Positions 56,380 to 64,000 of a DNA stretch of 64,000 nucleotides are shown here, piece after piece. The stretch comes from a bacterium (GTDB lineage Bacteria > Cyanobacteriota > Vampirovibrionia > Gastranaerophilales > Gastranaerophilaceae). The position numbers and the translations under genes were made by a program. The notes beneath the pieces were generated by a model. That model made no database searches. It saw only the letters and a program-made list of their open reading frames with translations, and was not told the DNA's origin. Position 1 is the first letter of the stretch; every line of letters starts with the position of its first letter. The stretch covers positions 1,976-65,975 of the forward strand of contig JAFUSQ010000026.1 of the NCBI GenBank assembly GCA_017467605.1. Direction: 5' to 3'.

Positions 56380-56793
56380 TTATGCAAATAATTCTGCAAA
56401 CGGTCCGTTAGGGTCTTGAATGTGGGCTGCAACAGCTCCGTTTTCTGCCAATTTCATACCCGGCATTACAACGACATTCATTCCGTTTGTAACACTTGCA
56501 ACTTGGGCTGCAGAGACTTTGTAGTCATATCCCAAACTTGCCAAAATCTCATTTGTTTTGTCAGCTAAATCTTTATCTTCAGCAGTAAATTTACTAACTT
56601 GAACACCGTATAAATATTGAGTGTTTTTTGTCAAAAGATCTGTTTCATTTTCCAAACCTTTGAATACTTCACGATTTACTGCTTCATTTACTTCTTCTGC
56701 CTTCTTAGCTTCTGCCTCTTGGGCAATACCTTTGTTGATTGCAAAGTTATAATTGTTATAACCTTTGTTAAAATCATTAAACTTGATTGCCAT
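56380..56793 (-). CDS. Hypothetical protein, MAIKF N-terminus and PFAELFA C-terminus
   Basis: 137 aa; SD aaggag upstream. The C-terminal heptapeptide is shared with 57044-57508. Confidence 0.7.
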   Translation of the reverse strand: MAIKFNDFNKGYNNYNFAINKGIAQEAEAKKAEEVNEAVNREVFKGLENETDLLTKNTQYLYGVQVSKFTAEDKDLADKTNEILASLGYDYKVSAAQVASVTNGMNVVVMPGMKLAENGAVAAHIQDPNGPFAELFA

Positions 56794-57043
56794 TTTCCTG
56801 GTCTCCTTATGTTTTACTCACATTAGTGTTATCGGCATGTAATTTAATAATCTTTAAGGATTTGTCATGAATTGTTAAGAAGTTGTTACAAAACCCCGCC
56901 CCAACCCTCCCCTGCAAGCAGGAGAGGGAGGATTTTAACCCTCTCCTAATTTTAGGAGAGGGTCGGGTGAGGTTAAATAATTAAAAAGCCGGTTCTTTAA
57001 AACCGGCTTTAATATATGTGAGTAATAAGTTTAATTCAATAAT

Positions 57044-57508
57044 TTATGCAAACAATTCTGCAAAAGGACTTTTTTGTGCATCAGCAAGTAAATGGCTTTT
57101 TGTTGATACTGCTTCAAAATTTGTTGCTCCTTCTTTGAAGCTTTCAGCAATTCTTGGTGCGTTTGCTAATGAAATATATTGCATAACTTTTGCTTTATCA
57201 GTTGGTTTACCGTCAGGTGTTGGTGCAAAATCAACATTATTGACTATAGCTTGTGCGCCTTTGATATCTTCAGTGCCGTCAACTTTTCCTGTCAAACTCA
57301 AACCCATTGCGTTTCTGATTTCAGTACTTTTGGTATCCATATAAGCACCTAAATCACCGGTTTTTATATGAGCTTTTATTTCTTTGTAATCAGCTTTTGT
57401 TAACTGAAAATTATCATCTTTTTTGTCGATAGACTTTAATTCTTTTTTAAAGGCTCTCCACTCTTTACGAGTTATGCCGTAATCATTTCCGTTAAATCCA
57501 ATACCCAT
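57044..57508 (-). CDS. Hypothetical protein, MGIGF N-terminus and PFAELFA C-terminus
   Basis: ATG at 57508 is preceded by aaaaggagattcgaca, the same initiation context as the MGIEF genes. 154 aa. Confidence 0.7.
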   Translation of the reverse strand: MGIGFNGNDYGITRKEWRAFKKELKSIDKKDDNFQLTKADYKEIKAHIKTGDLGAYMDTKSTEIRNAMGLSLTGKVDGTEDIKGAQAIVNNVDFAPTPDGKPTDKAKVMQYISLANAPRIAESFKEGATNFEAVSTKSHLLADAQKSPFAELFA

Positions 57509-57687
57509 TGTCGAATCTCCTTTTGTACTCACATACGCTGCGGTAAACCTGTTTACCTCTTAGTATCCGTTTAAATCATAATCCTATCTTTTTTTAGATT
57601 TTCCATCATCTTTCGTATATATATAAAGTATTTACAATTTAGATAATTGCATGATTTGGGAGATTTATTAAGAAATGTTAACAAAGG

Positions 57688-59490
57688 TTATTCTTCATCA
57701 AGGCTCAAAACTGCCATAAATGCTTCCTGCGGAACTTCAACGCTTCCGACGGATTTCATACGTTTTTTACCTTTTTTCTGTTTTTCAAGAAGTTTACGCT
57801 TACGGGAAATATCACCGCCATAGCATTTTGCCAGAACGTTTTTGCGCATTGCCTTAATCGTTGTTCTTGCAATTACTCGTCCGCCCACTGCTGCCTGAAC
57901 GGGCACTTCAAAAAGTTGTCTTGGAATGATTTCTTTTAATTTTACCGTGAGTTTTTGACCTATGTAAAAAGCATTATCCTCATGGCAAATTACAGAAAGA
58001 GCGTCTACGACTTCTCCTGCAAGCATAATATCTAATTTTACAAGTTTTGAGCGTTTATATTCGCTAAATTCATAATCTAAACTTGCATATCCTTTGGTTC
58101 TTGATTTTAATTGGTCATAAAAATCTGTTATAACTTCACTTAACGGAATTTCATAAGCTAAATCTACACGAACTTTATCAAGGTATGTCATATTAATAAA
58201 TATACCTCTTTTGGTTTGTGCCAAATCCATTAAAGTGCCGACATAATCATTCGGGGTAATTATTTGAACTTTTACATAAGGTTCTTCAATATAATCTCTG
58301 TACTGTGCCGCCGGAAGGTTTGCTGGGTTGTCAATTTCTACGACCTCCCCGTTTGTTTTGTGAACTCTATATACAACAGATGGCGCGGTTGTTACCAATG
58401 ACAGGTCATATTCACGCTCGAGTCTTTCTTGAGCAATTTCCATGTGAAGCATACCCAAAAATCCGCAACGAAAACCAAAACCTAGTGCTGATGATGTTTC
58501 AGGCTCAAAGGTAATACTTGAATCATTAAGTTTTAACTTTTCAAGGGCTTCTTTTAAGTCGCCGTAATCTTCATTATCAACGGGGTACATACCGGAAAAT
58601 ACCATAGGTAAAGCTTCTTTATACCCCGGGAGTGCTTCTGCTGCGGGTTTTTCAACATTTGTAATTGTATCACCGACAAATCTTGTCAATTCTTTTATTG
58701 AACCTGCAAAATATCCGACATCACCGCAAGTCAGTTTCTTAACGGAAACTCTTGACGGAGTCTGATAACCAAGTTCAACAACTTCATACTCTTTTTTGGA
58801 GGCCATAAAACGAATTTTGTCGCCGACTGAGATACTGCCGTCAACCACTTTAAAATAACAAACAGTCCCTAAATACTGGTCGTAAACACTGTCAAAGACT
58901 AATGCTCTTAGAGGTTTATCGGAGTTATCATCAGGTGCCGGAACATAATTTACAACAGCTTCCAAAACTTCATCAATGCCTTCGCCTGTCTTTGCGCTGA
59001 CAGGGATTGCCATAGAAGCGTCTATTCCTAAAATTTCTTCAATTTCCCCTCTAACGCGTTCAACATCAGCTGACGGTAAATCTATTTTATTAATTACAGG
59101 GATAATTTCTAAATTTTGTTCAATTGCAAGATAAACGTTTGCCAAAGTTTGAGCTTCAACCCCTTGTGTTGCATCAACTATTAATAAAGCCCCTTCACAT
59201 GCTGCAAGAGAACGAGAAACTTCATAGGAAAAATCAACGTGTCCGGGGGTATCGATAAGATTAAGCTCATAATCTTTGCCATCTTGAGCTTTGTAATTCA
59301 TTCTGGCAGCGTTTAGCTTAATTGTAATACCGCGCTCACGCTCAATGTCCATAGAATCTAACAATTGTTCCTGCATATCACGCTGAGCAACCGTGCCTGT
59401 TTTTTCCAAAAGTCGGTCGGCTAGGGTAGATTTTCCGTGGTCAATGTGGGCAATTATACAAAAATTTCTTACATTATCTCTGGTTTTCAT
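57688..59490 (-). CDS. lepA: Translation elongation factor 4 (LepA)
   Basis: 600 aa; [22 protein letters not shown] and the conserved LepA C-terminal domain. Confidence 0.95.
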   Translation of the reverse strand: MKTRDNVRNFCIIAHIDHGKSTLADRLLEKTGTVAQRDMQEQLLDSMDIERERGITIKLNAARMNYKAQDGKDYELNLIDTPGHVDFSYEVSRSLAACEGALLIVDATQGVEAQTLANVYLAIEQNLEIIPVINKIDLPSADVERVRGEIEEILGIDASMAIPVSAKTGEGIDEVLEAVVNYVPAPDDNSDKPLRALVFDSVYDQYLGTVCYFKVVDGSISVGDKIRFMASKKEYEVVELGYQTPSRVSVKKLTCGDVGYFAGSIKELTRFVGDTITNVEKPAAEALPGYKEALPMVFSGMYPVDNEDYGDLKEALEKLKLNDSSITFEPETSSALGFGFRCGFLGMLHMEIAQERLEREYDLSLVTTAPSVVYRVHKTNGEVVEIDNPANLPAAQYRDYIEEPYVKVQIITPNDYVGTLMDLAQTKRGIFINMTYLDKVRVDLAYEIPLSEVITDFYDQLKSRTKGYASLDYEFSEYKRSKLVKLDIMLAGEVVDALSVICHEDNAFYIGQKLTVKLKEIIPRQLFEVPVQAAVGGRVIARTTIKAMRKNVLAKCYGGDISRKRKLLEKQKKGKKRMKSVGSVEVPQEAFMAVLSLDEE

Positions 59491-59531
59491 AATTCTGATT
59501 ATATTTGAAAAAGGCTCAAATGCAAGAAAGG

Positions 59532-59756
59532 TTAATTCTTACAGAAAAAATATTGCGGTTCTACATTAAATAATAGTGAAAGTTTCAGTAACATTTTTAG
59601 ACTGATTTTTTCTTTAAGATTTTCGGCTCTGCTTACAAATTCTCTTGAACAATTTAGTTTTTCGGCAAGTTCTTCTTGGGAAAATTTCGCTTCTTTTCTG
59701 AGTTTGCGAATATTTGAAGCGATAATTTTGTGATACATTACTTCATATTCTTGCAT
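59532..59756 (-). CDS. XRE-family HTH transcriptional regulator
   Basis: 74 aa; [24 protein letters not shown]. Confidence 0.75.
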   Translation of the reverse strand: MQEYEVMYHKIIASNIRKLRKEAKFSQEELAEKLNCSREFVSRAENLKEKISLKMLLKLSLLFNVEPQYFFCKN

Positions 59757-59869
59757 GATTAAATTTTCGTAGTTTATAATCTTCTTACTATGAAGTAATA
59801 CATCACATTAGTAAGGAGGAATTTTATGAAATTTGGTAAATGTAGGGGTAAATATAATAGTACCGAAAC

Positions 59870-60300
59870 AAACTACAATATTATTTCCCCTCAAAATGAC
59901 ATTAAAAATGTTCCCTCTCCTAGGTGGGGTGCTTCCCGTAAGGGCAAAAGTAATTGTCATTCCGAACTGACTAGAAAATTAGTTGAGCTTGCGAAACGTA
60001 ATTTTCTGTTCCTACTCGGTGTTTCGGAATCCATTTCAAAAAAGATGCTGAAACAAGTTCAGCATGACAAAATTTTTGGTTCGCTTTGTAAAGTTCAGGG
60101 TGACAGGGGCATGTCATTACGAGGAGCGCAGCGACGTAGTAACCCCCTGCAAGTTCTGAATGGGATTGCGACGTCGGACTTACGTCCTCCTCGCAATGAC
60201 ATGCAAGTTTTGCAAGGTGTTGCAATTGCGACGGGAGTAAATAAAACAAATTTAAAAGTCCGTACATTTACCCCTCGCTCGCAATGACATTTACGATTTA
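59870..60300. repeat. Cluster of REP-like families, non-coding
   Basis: Contains atgctgaaacaagttcagcatgac with ttcagggtgac (family C) and several gtcattgcgag/ctcgcaatgac arms (family B). Confidence 0.8.
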
Positions 60301-60455
60301 TTAATCTGTGCTTTAGCACCGTATTGGACTTAACGGTCTTATCGGTCTTACTAACTTAACAGACTTTTACAATGTTACTCATAATTCGTAATTAAAAAAC
60401 CGGCCGTAAGGCCGGATTTGTTTGTAAAAAGTTTGAAAGTTTAATGTGAGTTCCT

Positions 60456-60614
60456 TTAAATCAAGCCAAGAACTTTTTTGTACCAAGAAAAAGATTCAAG
60501 TTCTGTTCCGTTAAAGGTGGTTTTTGCGCATTGATTTTTTAAATAATTTTCAAACTCGTCAGTGAATTTCGACTTCACTTTCTTAGTTTCCTTTTCAGAA
60601 ATTGATGTTGCCAT
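60456..60614 (-). CDS. Hypothetical 52-aa protein
   Basis: Own translation: MATSISEKETKKVKSKFTDEFENYLKNQCAKTTFNGTELESFSWYKKVLGLI. SD aaaggag lies 8 nt upstream, a TATAAT about 45 nt upstream, and a terminator at 60397-60420 downstream. Confidence 0.55.
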   Translation of the reverse strand: MATSISEKETKKVKSKFTDEFENYLKNQCAKTTFNGTELESFSWYKKVLGLI

Positions 60615-60831
60615 AGAACCTACTCCTTTACACATTTTTCCTTGAGAACCGAGTTCATTATAACATGAATATCATGTTTTTTCCAGATATAAAACCGAAA
60701 ATTTTCATTTTTTGCTATTATAAGCGACTTTCCAATGTAAATTTTTGTTAAGAAGTTTTGTTTTTGTAAAAATTAATTTTTTAAACTAAAATTTTGTTAA
60801 AATTTTAAAATTTTTATGATAAAATTTTTTT

Positions 60832-61743
60832 ATGATTACAATCGGAGAAAACATACATATAATTTCAAAATCGGTGCGTGAAGCTTTAGAAAAAAAAGAC
60901 GAAAATTTTATTAAAAATTTGATAAAAATTCAGCAAAATTTGGATTGTATTGATTTAAATGTCGGTCCGGCTAAGGGACAACTTGACAAAATTTATGAAT
61001 GGCTTGTTTTGCTATGCAAAGAGCAGAATATTTCATTTGATTCAACAAATATTTCTGCTATAGAAAATGGATTAAGTCTTGTTAAAAATGCTGAAAATTG
61101 TTTTATAAACAGTACATCTAAGGATAAAGAAAAGCTGGAAAAGTTAACAGATGTTGCGTTGCAGTATAATTGCAATCTGATTGCTCTTTCAATGTCAAAG
61201 GAAACCGGTATTCCAAAAACTGCTGATGAAAGATTGGAAATAATTTTTGAAATTTATGAAAAATGTATGGAAAAAGGAATTGAAAGTAATAAATTATTTT
61301 TTGATCCTTTGGTTTTACCTTTGAAAGCTGATCAAACTCAGGCAATGGAAGCTATAAATACAATCAGAATGGTTAAAGAAAGTTTTGAACCAAAAGTTAA
61401 TACGATAATCGGTTTGTCAAATATTTCAAACGGTATTCCGAATAATTTGCGATCATTAGTGAACAGAGTTTATTTAAGTCTGTGTTATGGTGCAGGGCTT
61501 GATGCGGTTATTATGGACGCTAAAGACTCGGAGCTTTACAGAATTATTAAAATGCTTGATAATTATTCTCCGGAAAATAAGCTTGATGAGTTGTATATAA
61601 AACTCTCTGACTCCATCAAAAATTTTGAAGAATTAGATGAGATAAAATTTGACAAAAATAATCTTGAAGCTCAGAATATTATTAAAACTGCGGCAGTGTT
61701 GCTAAATAAGAAAATATACTCTGATAGCTTTACACAAGTTTGA
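60832..61743 (+). CDS. Pterin-binding domain protein (methyltetrahydrofolate:corrinoid methyltransferase / DHPS-like)
   Basis: IGENIH...DLNVGP...FDSTN...INSTS...FFDPLVLP...IGLSNISNG is the pattern of the pterin-binding TIM barrel. Confidence 0.75.
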   Translation: MITIGENIHIISKSVREALEKKDENFIKNLIKIQQNLDCIDLNVGPAKGQLDKIYEWLVLLCKEQNISFDSTNISAIENGLSLVKNAENCFINSTSKDKEKLEKLTDVALQYNCNLIALSMSKETGIPKTADERLEIIFEIYEKCMEKGIESNKLFFDPLVLPLKADQTQAMEAINTIRMVKESFEPKVNTIIGLSNISNGIPNNLRSLVNRVYLSLCYGAGLDAVIMDAKDSELYRIIKMLDNYSPENKLDELYIKLSDSIKNFEELDEIKFDKNNLEAQNIIKTAAVLLNKKIYSDSFTQV

Positions 61744-61782
61744 TTTTTATGTTAAAATTCAAGTGAAGAATTTTGAGGAATT

Positions 61783-63879
61783 ATGAAAATTAAAAAGAAT
61801 TTACTAACGACTATCTTGGTTTCAACATTATTTATCAGTGGAGTTCCTGCATATTGTCAAATGAATTCTGAAGCTAGTATGTTATATCAGGAAGCTTGCA
61901 GTGCCGAACATCAGCAAGATTTAAAAGGTGCAATTGCAAAACTCGAACAGGCTATTCAAATCTCCGGCGGGGATTCGCGTTTATATACAAAATTGGCCGG
62001 ATTATATTCTGAAATTGATGAAACTAATAAGGCGTTAGAAATATATAAAAAAGTCGCAGAAATTACTCCAGATGATGCTTTTGTCTATATTAGCATGGGA
62101 AGTATTTATGAAACCCAGGGCAAATATAAAGATGCTCTAAAAGCTTATGAAAAAGCTTTGGATATTTTTCCGGAATACAAGTATAACTATTACAATATGG
62201 CTAATGCTCAATATCAATTGAGAGATTATAAGAACGCAATAAAAAATTATAATACTTTCTTAGAAACATATTCACAACATTCAGAAGCCAGAGAAAATCT
62301 TGCAGGTTCTTATTTTGCCTTGAAAGATTATGAAAATTCCGTCAAGCAATTCAAAAAAATATATGATAAAAATCGCGATGGTTTTAAAAGTTATTCAGAG
62401 TTTGGAATTTCTCTGTTGAATACTAATAATTCCGAATTATCTGCTGAAATGCTGGAAAAAGCTATAGAAATTGATCCTGAAAATAATTCTGCTCATTTGG
62501 GTTTGGCTCAAGCATATCAGGATTTGGGCAAAAACGACATGTCCTATGAACAATACCAAATTGTTTTGGCAAAAGTTCCAAATTTAAATACTGTAAGACT
62601 TGACTATGCGGATTTGCTTGCAGATATGGATAAAAATACTGAGGCTATTTCTCAATATAATATGTACATTAAAGCTTTTCCGAATGATATTAAAGGGTAT
62701 TCTCATATAGCAAAAGTTTATAAAAATTTGAACAATTATGACAAAGCTCTTGAAAATTATCTGATTGCAGAGAAGAAAAACCCTGATGATTTAGATATTA
62801 AAAAAGATATTGCACTTTGTTATCACAACAAAAAGGATTATGAAAGTGCAATAAAGTATTATGACCAAATTCTTGCATTGCAGCCTGATAATTACAGTGC
62901 AAAATTTAATAAAGCATTGGCATATCATGCATTACACAAGTATGAAGATGCAATTGTTTTGTATAGGGAAATCCTTTCAATTAAAAATGATAAAGTTATA
63001 AAAGAGAATTTAAATAACGCGTTGGTATCACGAGGACATGAACTTGTTGATTTAGAAGAATATACCGAGGCTTTAGCAAATTTCAAATCCGCAATAAAAG
63101 ACGGATATACTGATGGCTACGCTTATTATGGTTTAGCAAGAATTTACAGAGCAATGGGAGAAAATGCAAAAGCTTCCGAAAATTATGAAAAAGCTATTTC
63201 ACTTGATCCTGATAAAACTTTGTATTCCGCTGAATACAGTGATTTTATTTCCTCTCTTTATAAACCGAAAGCAAATGTTGTACAAAATTCTGAAAATAAA
63301 GAGGAATTACCAACTATTAATATAAGCGTTGAAGGAATTGAAACAACTCCGGAACAACCGGCAGAAGTTAAACCTTCAAAACCTGTTATTAAATCTTCAT
63401 CAATTACAATGAAACAAAATGAAGATTTGATTTTAGAGGGAGATAAAAATTTCAAAAGTAATAATTATGATGCGGCAGTAAAAAATTATCAGGATGCTTT
63501 GCAAATCATTCCTAATGATGCTGTAACACTTCTGAAAATAGGTAATATTTACAAGTTAAAAGAAGATAATACAAAAGCTGTAAATTTTTATCAAAAATCA
63601 ATTATTGTTAATCCCGATTACACAGACGGTTGGTTTAATTTAGGGCTTGCATATGCTAATGAAAATAATTTGATTGAATCTCAAAAAAGTTTTGAAAAAG
63701 TTATTTCATTAGATTCTGATTATAACTTTGGATACGCATATTATGCCCTTGGCAGAGCTTTGGAATATCAAGGCAAAACAAATGATGCAATTAAAAATTA
63801 CAAACTGTTTATTAAGCATAATAACGACAAAGAAATGATAAATACTGTCCAAGCTCAAATTAAACAATTACAACAATAA
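61783..63879 (+). CDS. Secreted tetratricopeptide-repeat (TPR) protein
   Basis: 698 aa with a signal peptide and many 34-aa repeats of the type A..Y.KAL...P. Confidence 0.85.
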   Translation: MKIKKNLLTTILVSTLFISGVPAYCQMNSEASMLYQEACSAEHQQDLKGAIAKLEQAIQISGGDSRLYTKLAGLYSEIDETNKALEIYKKVAEITPDDAFVYISMGSIYETQGKYKDALKAYEKALDIFPEYKYNYYNMANAQYQLRDYKNAIKNYNTFLETYSQHSEARENLAGSYFALKDYENSVKQFKKIYDKNRDGFKSYSEFGISLLNTNNSELSAEMLEKAIEIDPENNSAHLGLAQAYQDLGKNDMSYEQYQIVLAKVPNLNTVRLDYADLLADMDKNTEAISQYNMYIKAFPNDIKGYSHIAKVYKNLNNYDKALENYLIAEKKNPDDLDIKKDIALCYHNKKDYESAIKYYDQILALQPDNYSAKFNKALAYHALHKYEDAIVLYREILSIKNDKVIKENLNNALVSRGHELVDLEEYTEALANFKSAIKDGYTDGYAYYGLARIYRAMGENAKASENYEKAISLDPDKTLYSAEYSDFISSLYKPKANVVQNSENKEELPTINISVEGIETTPEQPAEVKPSKPVIKSSSITMKQNEDLILEGDKNFKSNNYDAAVKNYQDALQIIPNDAVTLLKIGNIYKLKEDNTKAVNFYQKSIIVNPDYTDGWFNLGLAYANENNLIESQKSFEKVISLDSDYNFGYAYYALGRALEYQGKTNDAIKNYKLFIKHNNDKEMINTVQAQIKQLQQ

Positions 63880-63883
63880 AATT

Positions 63884-64000
63884 ATGAAAAATTTTCTAAA
63901 ATTTTTAGCGGTAGTAATTTTGACAATATTCACTTGTGCATGTGATAGTGATAAATCTGTTGTTTTATTTAATAAGCACCCGTTTGATGCTCAAACAATA
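63884..64000 (+). CDS. Putative lipoprotein, N-terminal fragment (runs off the window)
   Basis: Own translation: MKNFLKFLAVVILTIFTCACDSDKSVVLFNKHPFDAQTI. It has a signal peptide with a lipobox-like FTCAC. Confidence 0.55.
   Translation, partial: MKNFLKFLAVVILTIFTCACDSDKSVVLFNKHPFDAQTI

Noticed and set aside
59826-60287. 153-aa ORF on the plus strand (and the overlapping minus-strand ORFs 59971-60267 and 60095-60319)
   Set aside because: The peptide is a concatenation of translated REP families (MLKQVQHD, SLRGAQRRSNP, PRNDM) that recur in non-coding contexts at 28309-28373 and 43591-43682. I treat it as non-coding repeat DNA.

Overview
This is a 64-kb chromosomal window from a low-GC bacterium. 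rpoB is followed by a split rpoC (rpoC1/gamma 569 aa, a 207-nt spacer, then rpoC2/beta-prime 1283 aa), which is the cyanobacterial-lineage arrangement. No photosynthesis genes are present, there are several type-IV-pilin-like ORFs, and intergenic REP-like repeats are abundant. From this I infer a non-photosynthetic cyanobacterial sister lineage (Melainabacteria/Vampirovibrionia-like); this is inference only. Housekeeping content: rpoB-rpoC1-rpoC2, rpmG-tRNA(Trp)-secE-nusG-rplK-rplA, thrC, hom, rpmB, tyrS, coaD, gpmI, nadA, rlmB-like, two sigma-70 factors, dnaG-rpoD, lepA, ruvC, mtnA, an AGCS symporter, a GGDEF/HD-GYP protein, an SNF2 helicase and PilM/N/O-like genes. The standout is a complete diversity-generating retroelement at 28.0-31.5 kb, ordered target, Avd, TR, RT. 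A 129-nt VR/TR pair differs at 18 template-adenine positions. The diversified protein is a type-IV-pilin-like protein with a lectin-like C-terminus. A consensus promoter, SD and ATG upstream of it are separated from the target frame by a G8 tract. Other unexplained signals: (1) a promoter module containing (ATATG)x4 present three times; (2) a family of small charged proteins with MGIxF N-termini, two of which also share a PFAELFA C-terminus and are flanked by complementary 9-10-nt motifs in their 5' and 3' UTRs; (3) a DUF559 endonuclease-like gene exactly filling a split copy of a repeat and flanked by inverted copies of its hairpin; (4) six divergent XRE-regulator/surface-protein modules; (5) two orphan consensus-promoter-to-terminator small-RNA candidates; (6) a 25-aa hydrophobic peptide gene; (7) a tRNA with C at position 33 next to a duplicated 3' end. 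All function calls come from reading motifs in the supplied translations and my own translation of short ORFs. No database search was run.
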